Below the pieces are notes generated by a model. It was not told the origin of the DNA, did no database searches, and saw only the letters and a program-made list of their open reading frames with translations. Positions 31,187-41,633 of a stretch of DNA of 64,000 bases are shown here, piece by piece. The translations under genes were made by a program, and so were the position numbers. How positions within the stretch are numbered: position 1 is the first letter of the stretch; each line of letters begins with the position of its first letter. The stretch is from Enterococcus sp. (GTDB lineage Bacteria; Bacillota; Bacilli; Lactobacillales; Enterococcaceae), in assembly GCF_032555305.1 (NCBI RefSeq), contig NZ_JAWGOQ010000024.1, positions 11,033-75,032 on the forward strand, written 5' to 3'.

Positions 31187-33133
31187 ATGGGAAAATATGA
31201 GAAGGACACAAAGGACCTGCTGGCGGCCATTGGTGGCAAGGAAAATATCTCCGCAGTCACTCACTGTGCCACACGGATGCGTTTTGTTTTGAATGATCCG
31301 AAAAAGGCAGATGAGGAGCGGATCGAGGATATTCCCAGTGTTAAAGGAATGTTTACGAACGCAGGTCAGTTTCAAGTAATTATCGGAAATGATGTCGCAG
31401 TATTTTACAACGAGTTTGCCGCAGTTTCAGGTATCGAAGGAGTCTCTAAAGAAGCTGCCAAGTCAGCCGCGAAACAAAATCAAAATCCAATTCAACGCGC
31501 CATTACTGTTTTAGCAGAAATTTTTACACCATTGTTACCAGCAATTATTGTCGGTGGTTTGATTTTAGGATTTCGGAATATATTAGAAGCTGTACCGATG
31601 GGCTGGCTCAATGGGCAGACGATTGTTGAGGCTTCAACTTTTTGGAACGGTGTAAATGGGTTCTTGTGGCTGCCGGGTGAAGCGATCTTCCACTTCTTGC
31701 CAGTCGGTATTACGTGGAGCATCGCCCGTAAGATGGGAGCGACAGAGATTCTCGGTATCGTTTTAGGGATCACGTTAGTTTCGCCGCAATTATTGAATGC
31801 TTACGCGGTGAATGGTACGGCTGCCGCAGAGATCGCAAAGAATTGGACTTGGGACTTTGGGTTCTTCACCGTTGATAAGATTGGTTACCAAGCACAAGTT
31901 ATTCCAGCAATGCTGGCTGGCTTCTTACTCGTTTATCTAGAGCGCTTCTTCCGTAAACATATACCAGAAGCAGTCTCAATGATTTTTGTCCCATTCTTCT
32001 CATTGATTCCGACGATATTAGCCGCACATATCATTTTAGGACCAATCGGCTGGAAAATCGGAACGGCGATTTCCGCAGTTGTGAATGCTGGTTTAACCTC
32101 CAGCTTCAGTTGGTTGTTCGGCGGTATATTCGGAGCATTGTATTCGCCGCTGGTTATAACCGGGCTGCATCATACAACACTAGCAATCGATTCTCAATTA
32201 ATTGCGGACTTTGGCTCAACAAACTTATGGCCGATGATCTGTTTGTCAAATATCGCTCAAGGAGCGGCAGTTCTAGCGGTCGTATTTGCTCATCGCGGCA
32301 ATAAAAAAGAAGAACAAGTATCAATTCCATCCGTTATCTCTGCTTGGTTAGGGGTGACTGAACCTGCGATGTTCGGGATCAACCTGAAATATACCTATCC
32401 ATTTATCGCAGCCATGATCGGTAGTGGTGCCGCAGGCTTATTCGTGACACTATTCAAAGTAAGAGCATTGTCAATCGGAGTCGGCGGGTTGCCAGGGATT
32501 TTAGCCATTCGCCCGCAAGACTATTTGATCTTTGCCATCGGTATGGTAATCGCGATTGCTGTTCCATTTTTATTAACCTTAACCTTCCGCCGAATTGGCT
32601 TATTCAACAAGCTTGATCGTATGGAAGAAGGCAATGTTCCAACATTAGGTAGTGAAACAACAAAAAAAGCCGGAACAATCGTTGAACTATTCTCACCGAT
32701 CGCTGGCATGCTGCATCCATTAAGCAGTGCTAAAGATCCAGTTTTTGCCGAAGGAATGATGGGGCAAGGCGTCGTAATCGATCCAAGTGAGGGGAAATTG
32801 TATGCACCGTTTGACGGACAGATCAGCCTACTTTTCCCAACCAAGCATGCTATTGGATTAGTCAGCACGGAAGGAACGGAAGTGTTGATCCACATCGGGA
32901 TCGACACTGTACAGCTGGAAGGGAAACATTTTACCAGCCATGTGAAACAGGGGGACAGCGTGAAAAAAGGTCAGCTATTGATGGAGTTCGATGTTGAGGC
33001 GATCAAAGCAGCAGGTTATGAAGTGCAAACACCGATCATCGTGACAAATTCAACTGATTTCCAAGTAGATCCTTTAATGGAAGAAGCAGCTGTTACAAAC
33101 AATGAAAAAATCTTACTTGCGACAGAACTATAG
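31187..33133 (+). CDS. treP: PTS trehalose-specific EIIBCA
   Basis: HCATRMRF (EIIB), GVTEPAMFG (EIIC), PTKHAIG / LIHIGIDTV (EIIA). Confidence 0.93.
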   Translation: MGKYEKDTKDLLAAIGGKENISAVTHCATRMRFVLNDPKKADEERIEDIPSVKGMFTNAGQFQVIIGNDVAVFYNEFAAVSGIEGVSKEAAKSAAKQNQNPIQRAITVLAEIFTPLLPAIIVGGLILGFRNILEAVPMGWLNGQTIVEASTFWNGVNGFLWLPGEAIFHFLPVGITWSIARKMGATEILGIVLGITLVSPQLLNAYAVNGTAAAEIAKNWTWDFGFFTVDKIGYQAQVIPAMLAGFLLVYLERFFRKHIPEAVSMIFVPFFSLIPTILAAHIILGPIGWKIGTAISAVVNAGLTSSFSWLFGGIFGALYSPLVITGLHHTTLAIDSQLIADFGSTNLWPMICLSNIAQGAAVLAVVFAHRGNKKEEQVSIPSVISAWLGVTEPAMFGINLKYTYPFIAAMIGSGAAGLFVTLFKVRALSIGVGGLPGILAIRPQDYLIFAIGMVIAIAVPFLLTLTFRRIGLFNKLDRMEEGNVPTLGSETTKKAGTIVELFSPIAGMLHPLSSAKDPVFAEGMMGQGVVIDPSEGKLYAPFDGQISLLFPTKHAIGLVSTEGTEVLIHIGIDTVQLEGKHFTSHVKQGDSVKKGQLLMEFDVEAIKAAGYEVQTPIIVTNSTDFQVDPLMEEAAVTNNEKILLATEL

Positions 33134-33149
33134 AAAGCTGGAGGACAAC

Positions 33150-34772
33150 ATGAGTTTTAAAGAGAAGGTAATTTACCAAATTTATCCTAAATCATTTTTG
33201 GATACGGATCAGGACGGAATAGGTGATCTGCCGGGAATTGAACAAAAAATGCCATACTTAAAGCGATTAGGCGTGGATATGGTTTGGTTGAGCCCAATCT
33301 ATCCAAGTCCACAAAATGACAATGGCTATGATGTCGCTGATTATACATCAATTAACCCAGTCTTCGGAACGATGAGTGACTTTGAAAGCTTGATGGCAAC
33401 AGCAAAAGAGCACAACATTGAAATTATGCTGGATATGGTGTTCAATCATGTTTCTACTGAACATGAATGGTTTCAAAAGGCATTAGCCGGTGATAAGAAG
33501 TATCAAGATTACTTTATTTTAAGGGATGGGCCCACCGATTGGGTCTCTAAATTTGGTGGAAATGCCTGGGCACCCTTTGGCGATACTGGAAAATACTATC
33601 TCCATTTATATGATGTTACACAAGCTGATTTGAACTGGCGAAATCCACAGGTACGTGAAGAATTGTTTGAAGTACTGCGTTTTTGGATGGATAAGGGCAT
33701 TAAAGGCTTCCGTTTTGACGTGATCAATGTAATCGGCAAGGATGAAGTATTGGAGGATTGTCCAGAATATGATGGCAAACCAGCGTATACTGATCGTCCA
33801 ATCGCTCATGAGTTCATTCACATGATGAATCAAGCCACTTACGGGAAGGATAATGAAATCATTACGGTTGGTGAAATGAGCTTTACCACTATAGAGGATT
33901 GTATATTATACACAAATCCTGAGCGCGAAGAATTGAATATGACCTTCAATTTCCATCATTTAAAGGTGGATTACGAAAACGGGAAAAAATGGACCCAAAT
34001 GCCATTTGATTTTGCTAAGCTGAAAGAATTGTTTCATACGTGGGGAACGCAGATGAGCGAGGGAAGCGGCTGGAACGCACTTTTCTGGAATAATCACGAT
34101 CAGCCGCGAGCACTAAACCGTTTCATTGATGTGGATAACTATCGAGTCGCTGGCGCTAAAATGTTGGCTAGCTCGATTCATTTAAATCGCGGAACTCCTT
34201 ATATTTACATGGGAGAAGAGATTGGCATGCTGGATCCGGACTTCGACACAATGGAACAATATGTCGATGTTGAAAGCCTAAATGCCTATCAGGAGCTGCT
34301 AGCCGCTGGAAAATCAGAACAAGAAGCTTTTAAGATTGTCAAAGCGAAGTCTCGTGACAATTCTCGCACACCGATGCAATGGGACAGCGGAGAATACAGC
34401 GGTTTTTCAAAGGCTACTCCATGGTTAGGGGTTGGAAAGTCTGCTGATGAAATAAATGTAGCGAAAGAATTACAAGAAGGTTCGATCTTTAATTATTATC
34501 AACGGTTGATCAAGCTGAGAAAAGAGTACCCGGTGATTGCGAGTGGCAGCTATGAAGCCTTTTTACCGGAGCATCCACAGATTTACGGTTATGTTCGTCG
34601 ACTAGAAGATCATTCATTATTGGTTCTTAATAATTTCTTTCCACAGGAGACGACGATTGCACTGCCCGAGGAGTTTTTATCAGGTAAAGTACTGATTGGA
34701 AATTATGATACAGAAACTCCTGAACAAAAAATGACATTAAAACCCTATCAAACGATTGCAATCTATCGTTAA
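33150..34772 (+). CDS. treC: Trehalose-6-phosphate hydrolase (GH13)
   Basis: YQIYPKSF, DNGYDV, GFRFDVIN, TVGEM, NHDQPR, SRDNSRTPMQW; SD GGAGG before 33150. Confidence 0.93.
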   Translation: MSFKEKVIYQIYPKSFLDTDQDGIGDLPGIEQKMPYLKRLGVDMVWLSPIYPSPQNDNGYDVADYTSINPVFGTMSDFESLMATAKEHNIEIMLDMVFNHVSTEHEWFQKALAGDKKYQDYFILRDGPTDWVSKFGGNAWAPFGDTGKYYLHLYDVTQADLNWRNPQVREELFEVLRFWMDKGIKGFRFDVINVIGKDEVLEDCPEYDGKPAYTDRPIAHEFIHMMNQATYGKDNEIITVGEMSFTTIEDCILYTNPEREELNMTFNFHHLKVDYENGKKWTQMPFDFAKLKELFHTWGTQMSEGSGWNALFWNNHDQPRALNRFIDVDNYRVAGAKMLASSIHLNRGTPYIYMGEEIGMLDPDFDTMEQYVDVESLNAYQELLAAGKSEQEAFKIVKAKSRDNSRTPMQWDSGEYSGFSKATPWLGVGKSADEINVAKELQEGSIFNYYQRLIKLRKEYPVIASGSYEAFLPEHPQIYGYVRRLEDHSLLVLNNFFPQETTIALPEEFLSGKVLIGNYDTETPEQKMTLKPYQTIAIYR

Positions 34773-34804
34773 AAAACGCGTGAGCAAAAATGCTCGCGCG
34801 TTTT
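34771..34804. terminator. Bidirectional terminator between treC and queT
   Basis: AAAAAACGCGTGAGCA-AAAA-TGCTCGCGCGTTTT. Confidence 0.8.
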
Positions 34805-35309
34805 ATTTCGTTAAATCGACTCGTTTATTCACCAAGTAAATCAGTATGCCACCTAATGACATAGAAAGTAATTCACCTAAACCGATAATCAGCCAATTGA
34901 AGAAAAATGGTGCTTGATAGAAGAAGGTCAATTGACCTGCGACTGTAAACATCGAAAAGGCGAAAATCAAAGCGGTGATGATCATTTTTTTCTTAAGACT
35001 GGTGATATTTTTAGTAACACCACGACAGATCAGCAAAACAATCAGTGTGGAGATACTGCCGAATAATACATCGACGATACCAAGTGGGGAAGCCAAGTTT
35101 GCGATTGCTACTCCTAGGGTTACTGCGATGGTATAGCGTTTGTTGAAAAGTGGTAGGAAGTTGAACATTTCCGCAAGGCGGAATTGAATCGCGCCAAAAC
35201 TAATGACGGATAGAACGATCGTAACAGCGACATAAAGTCCTGTCACAACAGCCATTTTGGCTGTGTCAGTGGTAGTCCAGCGTTGTGCTGTACTTTTTTC
35301 AAGATGCAT
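34803..35309 (-). CDS. queT: QueT family ECF S-component (queuosine precursor transporter)
   Basis: SFGAIQFRLAE, GVAIANLASPLGIVDVLFG, GLGE; preQ1 riboswitch upstream. Confidence 0.92.
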   Translation of the reverse strand: MHLEKSTAQRWTTTDTAKMAVVTGLYVAVTIVLSVISFGAIQFRLAEMFNFLPLFNKRYTIAVTLGVAIANLASPLGIVDVLFGSISTLIVLLICRGVTKNITSLKKKMIITALIFAFSMFTVAGQLTFFYQAPFFFNWLIIGLGELLSMSLGGILIYLVNKRVDLTK

Positions 35310-35317
35310 TTTATCAT

Positions 35318-35392
35318 TCTCCTTTACAAGACAGCGTCTCGTTAATAACTGCGACCAAAGGATTGAAGTGCCGCAGTGCGAATTTCTCGCTA
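35318..35392 (-). ncRNA. PreQ1-II riboswitch
   Basis: Minus strand: ACTGCGGC-ACTTCAA-TCCTTT-G-GTCGCAGT-TATTA-ACGAGAC-GCT-GTCTTGT-AAAGGAG; loop TCCTTT pairs with the SD AAAGGA (pseudoknot), matching class II architecture. Confidence 0.88.
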
Positions 35393-35427
35393 ACCTATAT
35401 CTTAGAGGATTTTAAAATAATTGCAAG

Positions 35428-36180
35428 CTATTTTAGCAACCAACCGCCGTCGACTGGTAAAATATTTCCCTGCATATAACGAGCCTCTGCACTTGCTAAG
35501 AACAGGGTTGCATAGGCTACTTCTTCAGGCTTTGCCCAGCGTTTGACAGGTGTTTCTTCAGCGACCCATTTGGCCATCTGACCATCACCGATAAAGTCAG
35601 CCTGATTCATCGGGGTCCTAATCGCTCCAGGTGCGATTGCATTGATATGGAGCCCTTTGTCCGCGTAATCCAAAGCGAGTTGCTTAGTAAATCCGACGAT
35701 CGCATGCTTGCTAGTGGTGTAGGCGATGCCGCCACCGCCTGCCACTAGACCTGCGATTGAAGCCATATTGATGACTGTTCCATGATTATCCAGCAGATCA
35801 GGTAGTAATAATTTAGTCAGTGTGAACATACTTCTCACATTAATCTCGTAAATTTGCTCCCACAGCTCTTCGCCTGTTTGGTCCAGCGGCAAGTAGTCAT
35901 CCAATACGCCAGCAGTATTTAGCAGGATATCGACTGTGCCAAATACTTCGTGACATTTTTTGATTGCAGATTGCAGTCGTTTTTTGTCTCGAACATCTCC
36001 AATCAAGAATTCAAAACGATCGGGAAAACTATCCTTTAATGTTTGTAGACCCGCTGTTTGTTGGTCAAAAGCGAAGACCAGTGCGCCGGATTCCAAGAAA
36101 GTGGAAGCTTGAGCCGCGCCAATACCGGAGGCTGCACCTGTGACAAAAACGATTTTATTCGAAAAATCGAAGCTCATCAT
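35428..36180 (-). CDS. SDR oxidoreductase (FabG-like)
   Basis: TGAASGIG, NTAG, YTTSK catalytic motif, PGAIRT, VDGG. Confidence 0.9.
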   Translation of the reverse strand: MMSFDFSNKIVFVTGAASGIGAAQASTFLESGALVFAFDQQTAGLQTLKDSFPDRFEFLIGDVRDKKRLQSAIKKCHEVFGTVDILLNTAGVLDDYLPLDQTGEELWEQIYEINVRSMFTLTKLLLPDLLDNHGTVINMASIAGLVAGGGGIAYTTSKHAIVGFTKQLALDYADKGLHINAIAPGAIRTPMNQADFIGDGQMAKWVAEETPVKRWAKPEEVAYATLFLASAEARYMQGNILPVDGGWLLK

Positions 36181-36398
36181 TCAACGATCTTCCAATCTTC
36201 TGCCAAGATATCGCAAACTGTTGGAGCAAAGCTTGAGAAGCCTTCGTCTGCCGTTTTGATCAAGAAATAGGGAGTAACTGGTGAACCGTCAAAAACTTCT
36301 CCTTCAACCAAGGTCACGTATAATTCAAAACCACCCCAGCCTGCGCGGATAATCTTCGCGCCTTTTTTTAATTCAGGTAAAATTTCTTCAAATGTCAT
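36177..36398 (-). CDS. DUF2829 / Tad2-like small protein
   Basis: MTFEEILPELKKGAKIIRAGWGG...PYFLIKT...APTVCDILAEDW; SD GGAGG; 4-nt overlap with the SDR start. Confidence 0.8.
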   Translation of the reverse strand: MTFEEILPELKKGAKIIRAGWGGFELYVTLVEGEVFDGSPVTPYFLIKTADEGFSSFAPTVCDILAEDWKIVE

Positions 36399-36508
36399 TT
36401 TTTTTCCTCCATTTCAAAATGATTTCTTTTGCTAGAATACCAAAAAGCAGGACCGGCTACAAGACGGTCGTCAGAAGTGGGCCATGCTGCTAATTAGTAA
36501 AGGGAAAG

Positions 36509-36546
36509 AAAAAAGGCAAAAAGCTGATTGTTCAGCTTTTTGCCTT
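36509..36546 (-). terminator. Terminator after pbp1B
   Basis: AAGGCAAAAAGCTGA...TCAGCTTTTTGCCTT with A-run on the left. Confidence 0.8.
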
Positions 36547-36553
36547 GAGAAGA

Positions 36554-38953
36554 TTAGTCATCTGTCTTTGCATCTTCATCTTCTTTGTCTTCTTTTTCTT
36601 TGGCATTTAGTTTGTTACGGGTGTTCCAATATGTCTTGTAATCATCGTCATTGCCGCCGATACCAAATTCATAGGAGTTTTCTGCCGGACCGTCTTTCGC
36701 CCAAAGGGAAGTAGCTTCGCCGCTTGGTACTTGATAGTTTGTTCCATTATGGCTGACTTTTCCAGGTTTCAAGCCGGTGAAATCAGATACCTTGATTTGT
36801 TTGACATCATCCGATAATTCAAATTTTTCGTCTTCTCCAAAGACACTTGGATTGACTTGATAGATACGACCAGCCAGATACGCCATGTAAGTCGCTGTCC
36901 GATTTCCTGCATTATCACCCAACATCGGTTTATTATCATCCCGACCAGTCCAGGTACCTAATGTGATGGTAGGTGTTGAGACAATCAACCAGTTGTCGGT
37001 ATAGTTATCAGTCGTCCCGGTTTTACCAACCCAGTCAGCCGTACTTAGCGAATAATTTACGCCGCTTAGAATAGATTTGAATGGGGTGGTATGCTGTTCA
37101 TTTATGACACTGCGCATCATGTCGTTCATGATGGATGCAGTTGCTTTTGAATACACTTGAACGGGTGCTTCCTTATGCTTATAAATTTCTTTTCCGGTAC
37201 TATCAGTGATCGATTCGATTAGGTAGCCCTGCTGATAGACACCGCCATTAGCTAACGTTTGGAAGCCGTTGACTTCAGTTAAGGTTGAAACATTGGTTGT
37301 TCCTAAAGGTGCGGCTTCAACACCCCAGTCATGAGAAGAAGGATAGTTCATTTTCTTCAAGTAATTGTCATAGGCAAATTGATCAGAGCCTTTGTTCGAC
37401 AGCAGGTCTTGATAGACATGGTAGGCGGTAATGTTTGTCGATTGAACCAAGGCCTGACGGGCTGTTTGGAAAGTCTTAGACCCTTTATTCTCGGCATTTT
37501 CTAATTCCTTACCAGCATCTTCACCGTGTTGATACTTCATAGGGAAATCGGCGATTCTTGTTTGACTGCCTAATAAGCCTTGATCGATTGCTGGTCCGTA
37601 GACTAACACTGGCTTGATCGATGAACCAGCTTGTCGCGCCGTATCAAAGGCATGATTGTTTTGGTTCGTGTTGTAATCGCGACTGCCGATGAAACCATAA
37701 ATGCGGCCGGTTTTGTTGTCCATCATGACCGTACCTGGTTCGATCGTAGCACCGGAGCCATCATCCAAGTACTGGCCATATTCAGCGACCCCTAGTTGCA
37801 TCGCGTCATAAATATTTTTATCAATCGTTGATTTAACCACTAAACCTTGATTTTGCATTTTGACTTTGGCTTGTTCGACGTAGCGATTGCGAACGTCTTC
37901 TTTGTTGTAGTCGGCATCACTGACGCCATCTTCCTTCGCCTGCTGCTTCGCTACGATGCTGATTGCTTCATTATAAACAGTGTAGTATAGGAAGCCATGT
38001 TGCTGAACTTCTACATCTTGACGTCCTTGGAAATCTTTTGCCAGATCGTAATTTTTAGCATCTTCATATTCTTTCTTGGAAATCATTTGTTCTCGGTACA
38101 TATTGAAGAGCACATCATCTTTTCGATCCATTCCCAGTGAATAGTCTTGTTTCAAATCTCCCGTGTTGGTATAGGGACTATAAGATATAGGACTTTGCGG
38201 CAATCCAGCGATAAATGCGGATTGTGGTAAATTTAAATCCTTTGCATGGACACCAAAAATACCAATAGCTGCTTCTTCAACACCAGCAATATTCTGACCT
38301 TTGTTATTACGGCCAAAGGGTGAGACATTCAAGTAGGCAGTTAAAATTTCATCTTTGCTTAGATATTTCTCTAAATCTAAAGATAAGACGATCTCATTTG
38401 CTTTTCGCTTGAAGGAAGTTTCATTGGTCAATACTTGTTGTTTAATCAATTGCTGCGTTATTGTTGAACCACCAGAACCAGCACCAAATCCAACGACCTC
38501 CCCTAACAAGGCACGTACGACAGCTTTTGGAACAACTCCTTGGTGCTCATAAAAGTTTTCATCCTCGGTCGCTACTAACGCTTTTTTTACCCACGGAGAA
38601 ATTTCATCAGAATTGATTTTTTCGCGAATTGGATCTGCTTGGATCGTCGCAATTTCGCGATCATCTGAATAGAGTAATTTTGACGATTCCGCGATATCGC
38701 CGACTTTTTGCTTCATTTCTGATTTTGTCGGCGTCGGTGTCCCTTCGACAAGATGAGCAAAATACCCAGCGCCGATCCCGACGACGAGCATGCCGCCTAA
38801 AAAGAGCACGACAATGAAGCCCAGTAACAAGGACTTAATCACTCGTAAAGAGACGTTAAGTGCAAAAGGCCCTCCAAGACTAGTTCTTGATTTGCTTTTG
38901 CTGCTCTTTTTCGATTGCTTATTTATTTTTTTCTTGTGAGCCAAAAAGTCCAC
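36554..38953 (-). CDS. pbp1B: Class A penicillin-binding protein 1B
   Basis: ATEDENF, GGSTITQQLIKQ, RKANE (transglycosylase); SSIK, STN, KTGT (transpeptidase). Confidence 0.92.
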   Translation of the reverse strand: MDFLAHKKKINKQSKKSSKSKSRTSLGGPFALNVSLRVIKSLLLGFIVVLFLGGMLVVGIGAGYFAHLVEGTPTPTKSEMKQKVGDIAESSKLLYSDDREIATIQADPIREKINSDEISPWVKKALVATEDENFYEHQGVVPKAVVRALLGEVVGFGAGSGGSTITQQLIKQQVLTNETSFKRKANEIVLSLDLEKYLSKDEILTAYLNVSPFGRNNKGQNIAGVEEAAIGIFGVHAKDLNLPQSAFIAGLPQSPISYSPYTNTGDLKQDYSLGMDRKDDVLFNMYREQMISKKEYEDAKNYDLAKDFQGRQDVEVQQHGFLYYTVYNEAISIVAKQQAKEDGVSDADYNKEDVRNRYVEQAKVKMQNQGLVVKSTIDKNIYDAMQLGVAEYGQYLDDGSGATIEPGTVMMDNKTGRIYGFIGSRDYNTNQNNHAFDTARQAGSSIKPVLVYGPAIDQGLLGSQTRIADFPMKYQHGEDAGKELENAENKGSKTFQTARQALVQSTNITAYHVYQDLLSNKGSDQFAYDNYLKKMNYPSSHDWGVEAAPLGTTNVSTLTEVNGFQTLANGGVYQQGYLIESITDSTGKEIYKHKEAPVQVYSKATASIMNDMMRSVINEQHTTPFKSILSGVNYSLSTADWVGKTGTTDNYTDNWLIVSTPTITLGTWTGRDDNKPMLGDNAGNRTATYMAYLAGRIYQVNPSVFGEDEKFELSDDVKQIKVSDFTGLKPGKVSHNGTNYQVPSGEATSLWAKDGPAENSYEFGIGGNDDDYKTYWNTRNKLNAKEKEDKEDEDAKTDD

Positions 38954-39273
38954 CTCATTAGATTCTACATTTTAATTATCTGTTGAATTATAGCAAAGTT
39001 TTACTTCTATTAACAAGCGGATGCAATGTTTGTAATCAAAACTTCAACTAATTGTTAAGTAAAACAAAACAAGCATTATTATATTGTGAGTGATCATTTT
39101 AGAATATGTCCGATTCTAATGGGCTAGAACTTGGAATAAATCTGACGAATGGCTTTTATTTCCGTGTTTTTTCAGTTAATATGGGAAAGTATAAATCATT
39201 TAGGAATGATATGCGTAATGAGCATATGCCTAACATTTTGTTAGCGCATCAAGAATAATTAGGAGGAAAAAAC

Positions 39274-40536
39274 ATGCATTCAGACTTTTTTCAAGAACTA
39301 AAAGCCCGTGGAATAATTTTTCAAGTAACAGATGAAGCAGCTCTAGAAAAACAATTAAACGAAGAGTCTGTTAAACTATATATCGGCTTTGACCCGACCG
39401 CAGACAGCCTGCACATTGGTCATTTACTACCGATTTTGACGTTGCGTCGTTTCCAACAGAACGGACACGTGCCGATCGCTTTGGTTGGTGGTGGTACTGG
39501 AATGATCGGAGACCCTTCATTTAAGGATGTAGAACGTCAATTGAATACGTTAGATACTGTTCAAAGCTGGTCGCAAAATATTAAGAGTCAGCTTTCAGGG
39601 ATTATAGACTTTGAAAGCAAGGAAAACCCTGCAATTATCGCGAATAACTACGATTGGCTTAGTGAATTAAAAATGATTGATTTTTTACGTGATGTTGGTA
39701 AAAACTTTACGATCAATTACATGATGAGTAAGGAAAGTGTTAAACGCCGGATCGAATCGGGGATTTCTTACACAGAATTTGCGTACCAATTGTTACAGGC
39801 TTACGACTTTTACGAACTAAATAAACGCTATGGCTGTTTATTACAGTTGGGCGGCAGTGATCAATGGGGCAATATCACCTCAGGAATCGAATTGATCCGT
39901 CGTGAAGAAGGCAAACAAGCTTTTGGTTTTACCATGCCTTTGATCACAAAAGCCGATGGGACTAAATTCGGTAAAACAGAAGGAAATGCGGTTTGGTTAG
40001 ATGGAGAAAAAACTTCACCATACGAATTTTACCAATTCTGGATCAACACCGATGATCGTGATGCCGTCAAATTCTTGAAATTCTTCACGTTCCTAAGCTT
40101 AGAAGAGATTGACGCAATTGAAGCTGAATTCACTGCGGCGCCTGAGCAACGAGCAGCCCAAAAAGCGTTGGCTAAAGAAGTGACTGTTTTGGTTCATGGT
40201 GAAGAAGCGTATAATCAAGCTGTGCATATTTCTGAAGCACTATTTAGTGGTAATGTAAAAAACTTGAACGCTGATGAAATCAAACAAGGATTCAAAAATG
40301 TACCAAGCTACCAGGTTCAAGCGGAAGATGACTTGAATTTAGTTGAAATCCTATTGACAGCAGGGATTGAAAAATCCAAACGTCAAGCACGTGAAGACAT
40401 CAATAATGGAGCAATCTATGTCAATGGCGATCGTGTACAGGATGTAACTTATACATTAAGTGATCAAGATAAGCTGTCAGATGAGTACATCGTTATTCGT
40501 CGCGGCAAGAAGAAATATTTTGTCTTACAATTTTAG
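39274..40536 (+). CDS. tyrS: Tyrosine--tRNA ligase
   Basis: [28 protein letters not shown]-terminal S4 domain. Confidence 0.98.
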   Translation: MHSDFFQELKARGIIFQVTDEAALEKQLNEESVKLYIGFDPTADSLHIGHLLPILTLRRFQQNGHVPIALVGGGTGMIGDPSFKDVERQLNTLDTVQSWSQNIKSQLSGIIDFESKENPAIIANNYDWLSELKMIDFLRDVGKNFTINYMMSKESVKRRIESGISYTEFAYQLLQAYDFYELNKRYGCLLQLGGSDQWGNITSGIELIRREEGKQAFGFTMPLITKADGTKFGKTEGNAVWLDGEKTSPYEFYQFWINTDDRDAVKFLKFFTFLSLEEIDAIEAEFTAAPEQRAAQKALAKEVTVLVHGEEAYNQAVHISEALFSGNVKNLNADEIKQGFKNVPSYQVQAEDDLNLVEILLTAGIEKSKRQAREDINNGAIYVNGDRVQDVTYTLSDQDKLSDEYIVIRRGKKKYFVLQF

Positions 40537-40705
40537 TTAAAATTATGGAAGGGATTGTACCATTTTTTGGAGCAATCCTCTTTCTATGTAGTAATAGAAA
40601 GCGTTTTAAAGATTAGATGAGTCTTAGTTTCTTTTTTTGCAACCTATTAGGATAAAAAGAATCAAGCTATAGGCAAGTCACTTAATACGATATAGGAGTG
40701 AGTGT

Positions 40706-41611
40706 GTGGGAGCAGTTTTATTAAATTCGTTGGGATTATTTGTTATTATCGTAATAGGCTATTTAACGAAGCGCTTCAACGTTTTGATGAAGGCAGATGG
40801 TTCGATGATCTCGAAAATCGTTGTCAATGTCACGTTGCCGGCAGCGATCATTGTGAATCTGCAATCCTTGGTGGTAAAGAATCAATTGCTGTTGCTGATT
40901 TTAGCTGGATTACTGTTAAATCTCGTGATGATCATTATTGGCCATTTGTTATCAAAGAAGCAGGAACGAGTCGAGCGAGAGTTCTTAATGTATGGAGTTT
41001 CTGGCTATAATATTGGAAATTTTGCAATCCCCTTTGTCCAAAGCTTCATGCCGCAAGCGATTCCGATCTTATCCTTTTTTGATATCGGTAATAGTGTCAT
41101 GCTGGCAGGTGGGTCAAATGTAGTGATCGAGGGTATCAGCGGGAGCAACATGGGAAGTCCCGGTGCTAAAAAGGTTCTCAGTCGTTTGTTTCGTTCGGTT
41201 CCGTTTCTTTGCTATTTGATCATGCTGTCTTTACGAATCTTGCAGATAGATCTGCCACAAGCGTTCTTTCAGATGGCACAGCCGATCGCAAATGCGAATA
41301 CCTTTTTATCGATGTTTATGATTGGCTTGTTTTTGGAGCTTCGTTTACCGAAAAAGGATCTAACTTTAGTGGCTCGTGTCTTAGCGATTAAGTATGGGGC
41401 TGGATTACTACTGACAGTTCTATTCATGCTGCTGCCATTACCGGCTATCATCAAAGTCGTTTTATGTCTTGTTTCAGTCGGACCGATTCCGACATTTGGC
41501 GTGATCAATAGTGTGGCTGCAGGAATGCGAGCGGAAGTGGTTGGGTTTACCTCGTCTCTAAGTTTTCTGATCAGTTTGCCGTTGATGACGAGTCTAATGT
41601 TATTCCTATAA
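40706..41611 (+). CDS. AEC (auxin efflux carrier) family transporter
   Basis: About 10 TMs; [28 protein letters not shown]. Confidence 0.85.
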   Translation: MGAVLLNSLGLFVIIVIGYLTKRFNVLMKADGSMISKIVVNVTLPAAIIVNLQSLVVKNQLLLLILAGLLLNLVMIIIGHLLSKKQERVEREFLMYGVSGYNIGNFAIPFVQSFMPQAIPILSFFDIGNSVMLAGGSNVVIEGISGSNMGSPGAKKVLSRLFRSVPFLCYLIMLSLRILQIDLPQAFFQMAQPIANANTFLSMFMIGLFLELRLPKKDLTLVARVLAIKYGAGLLLTVLFMLLPLPAIIKVVLCLVSVGPIPTFGVINSVAAGMRAEVVGFTSSLSFLISLPLMTSLMLFL

Positions 41612-41633
41612 AATAAAAAATCTGGAGGTTTTT

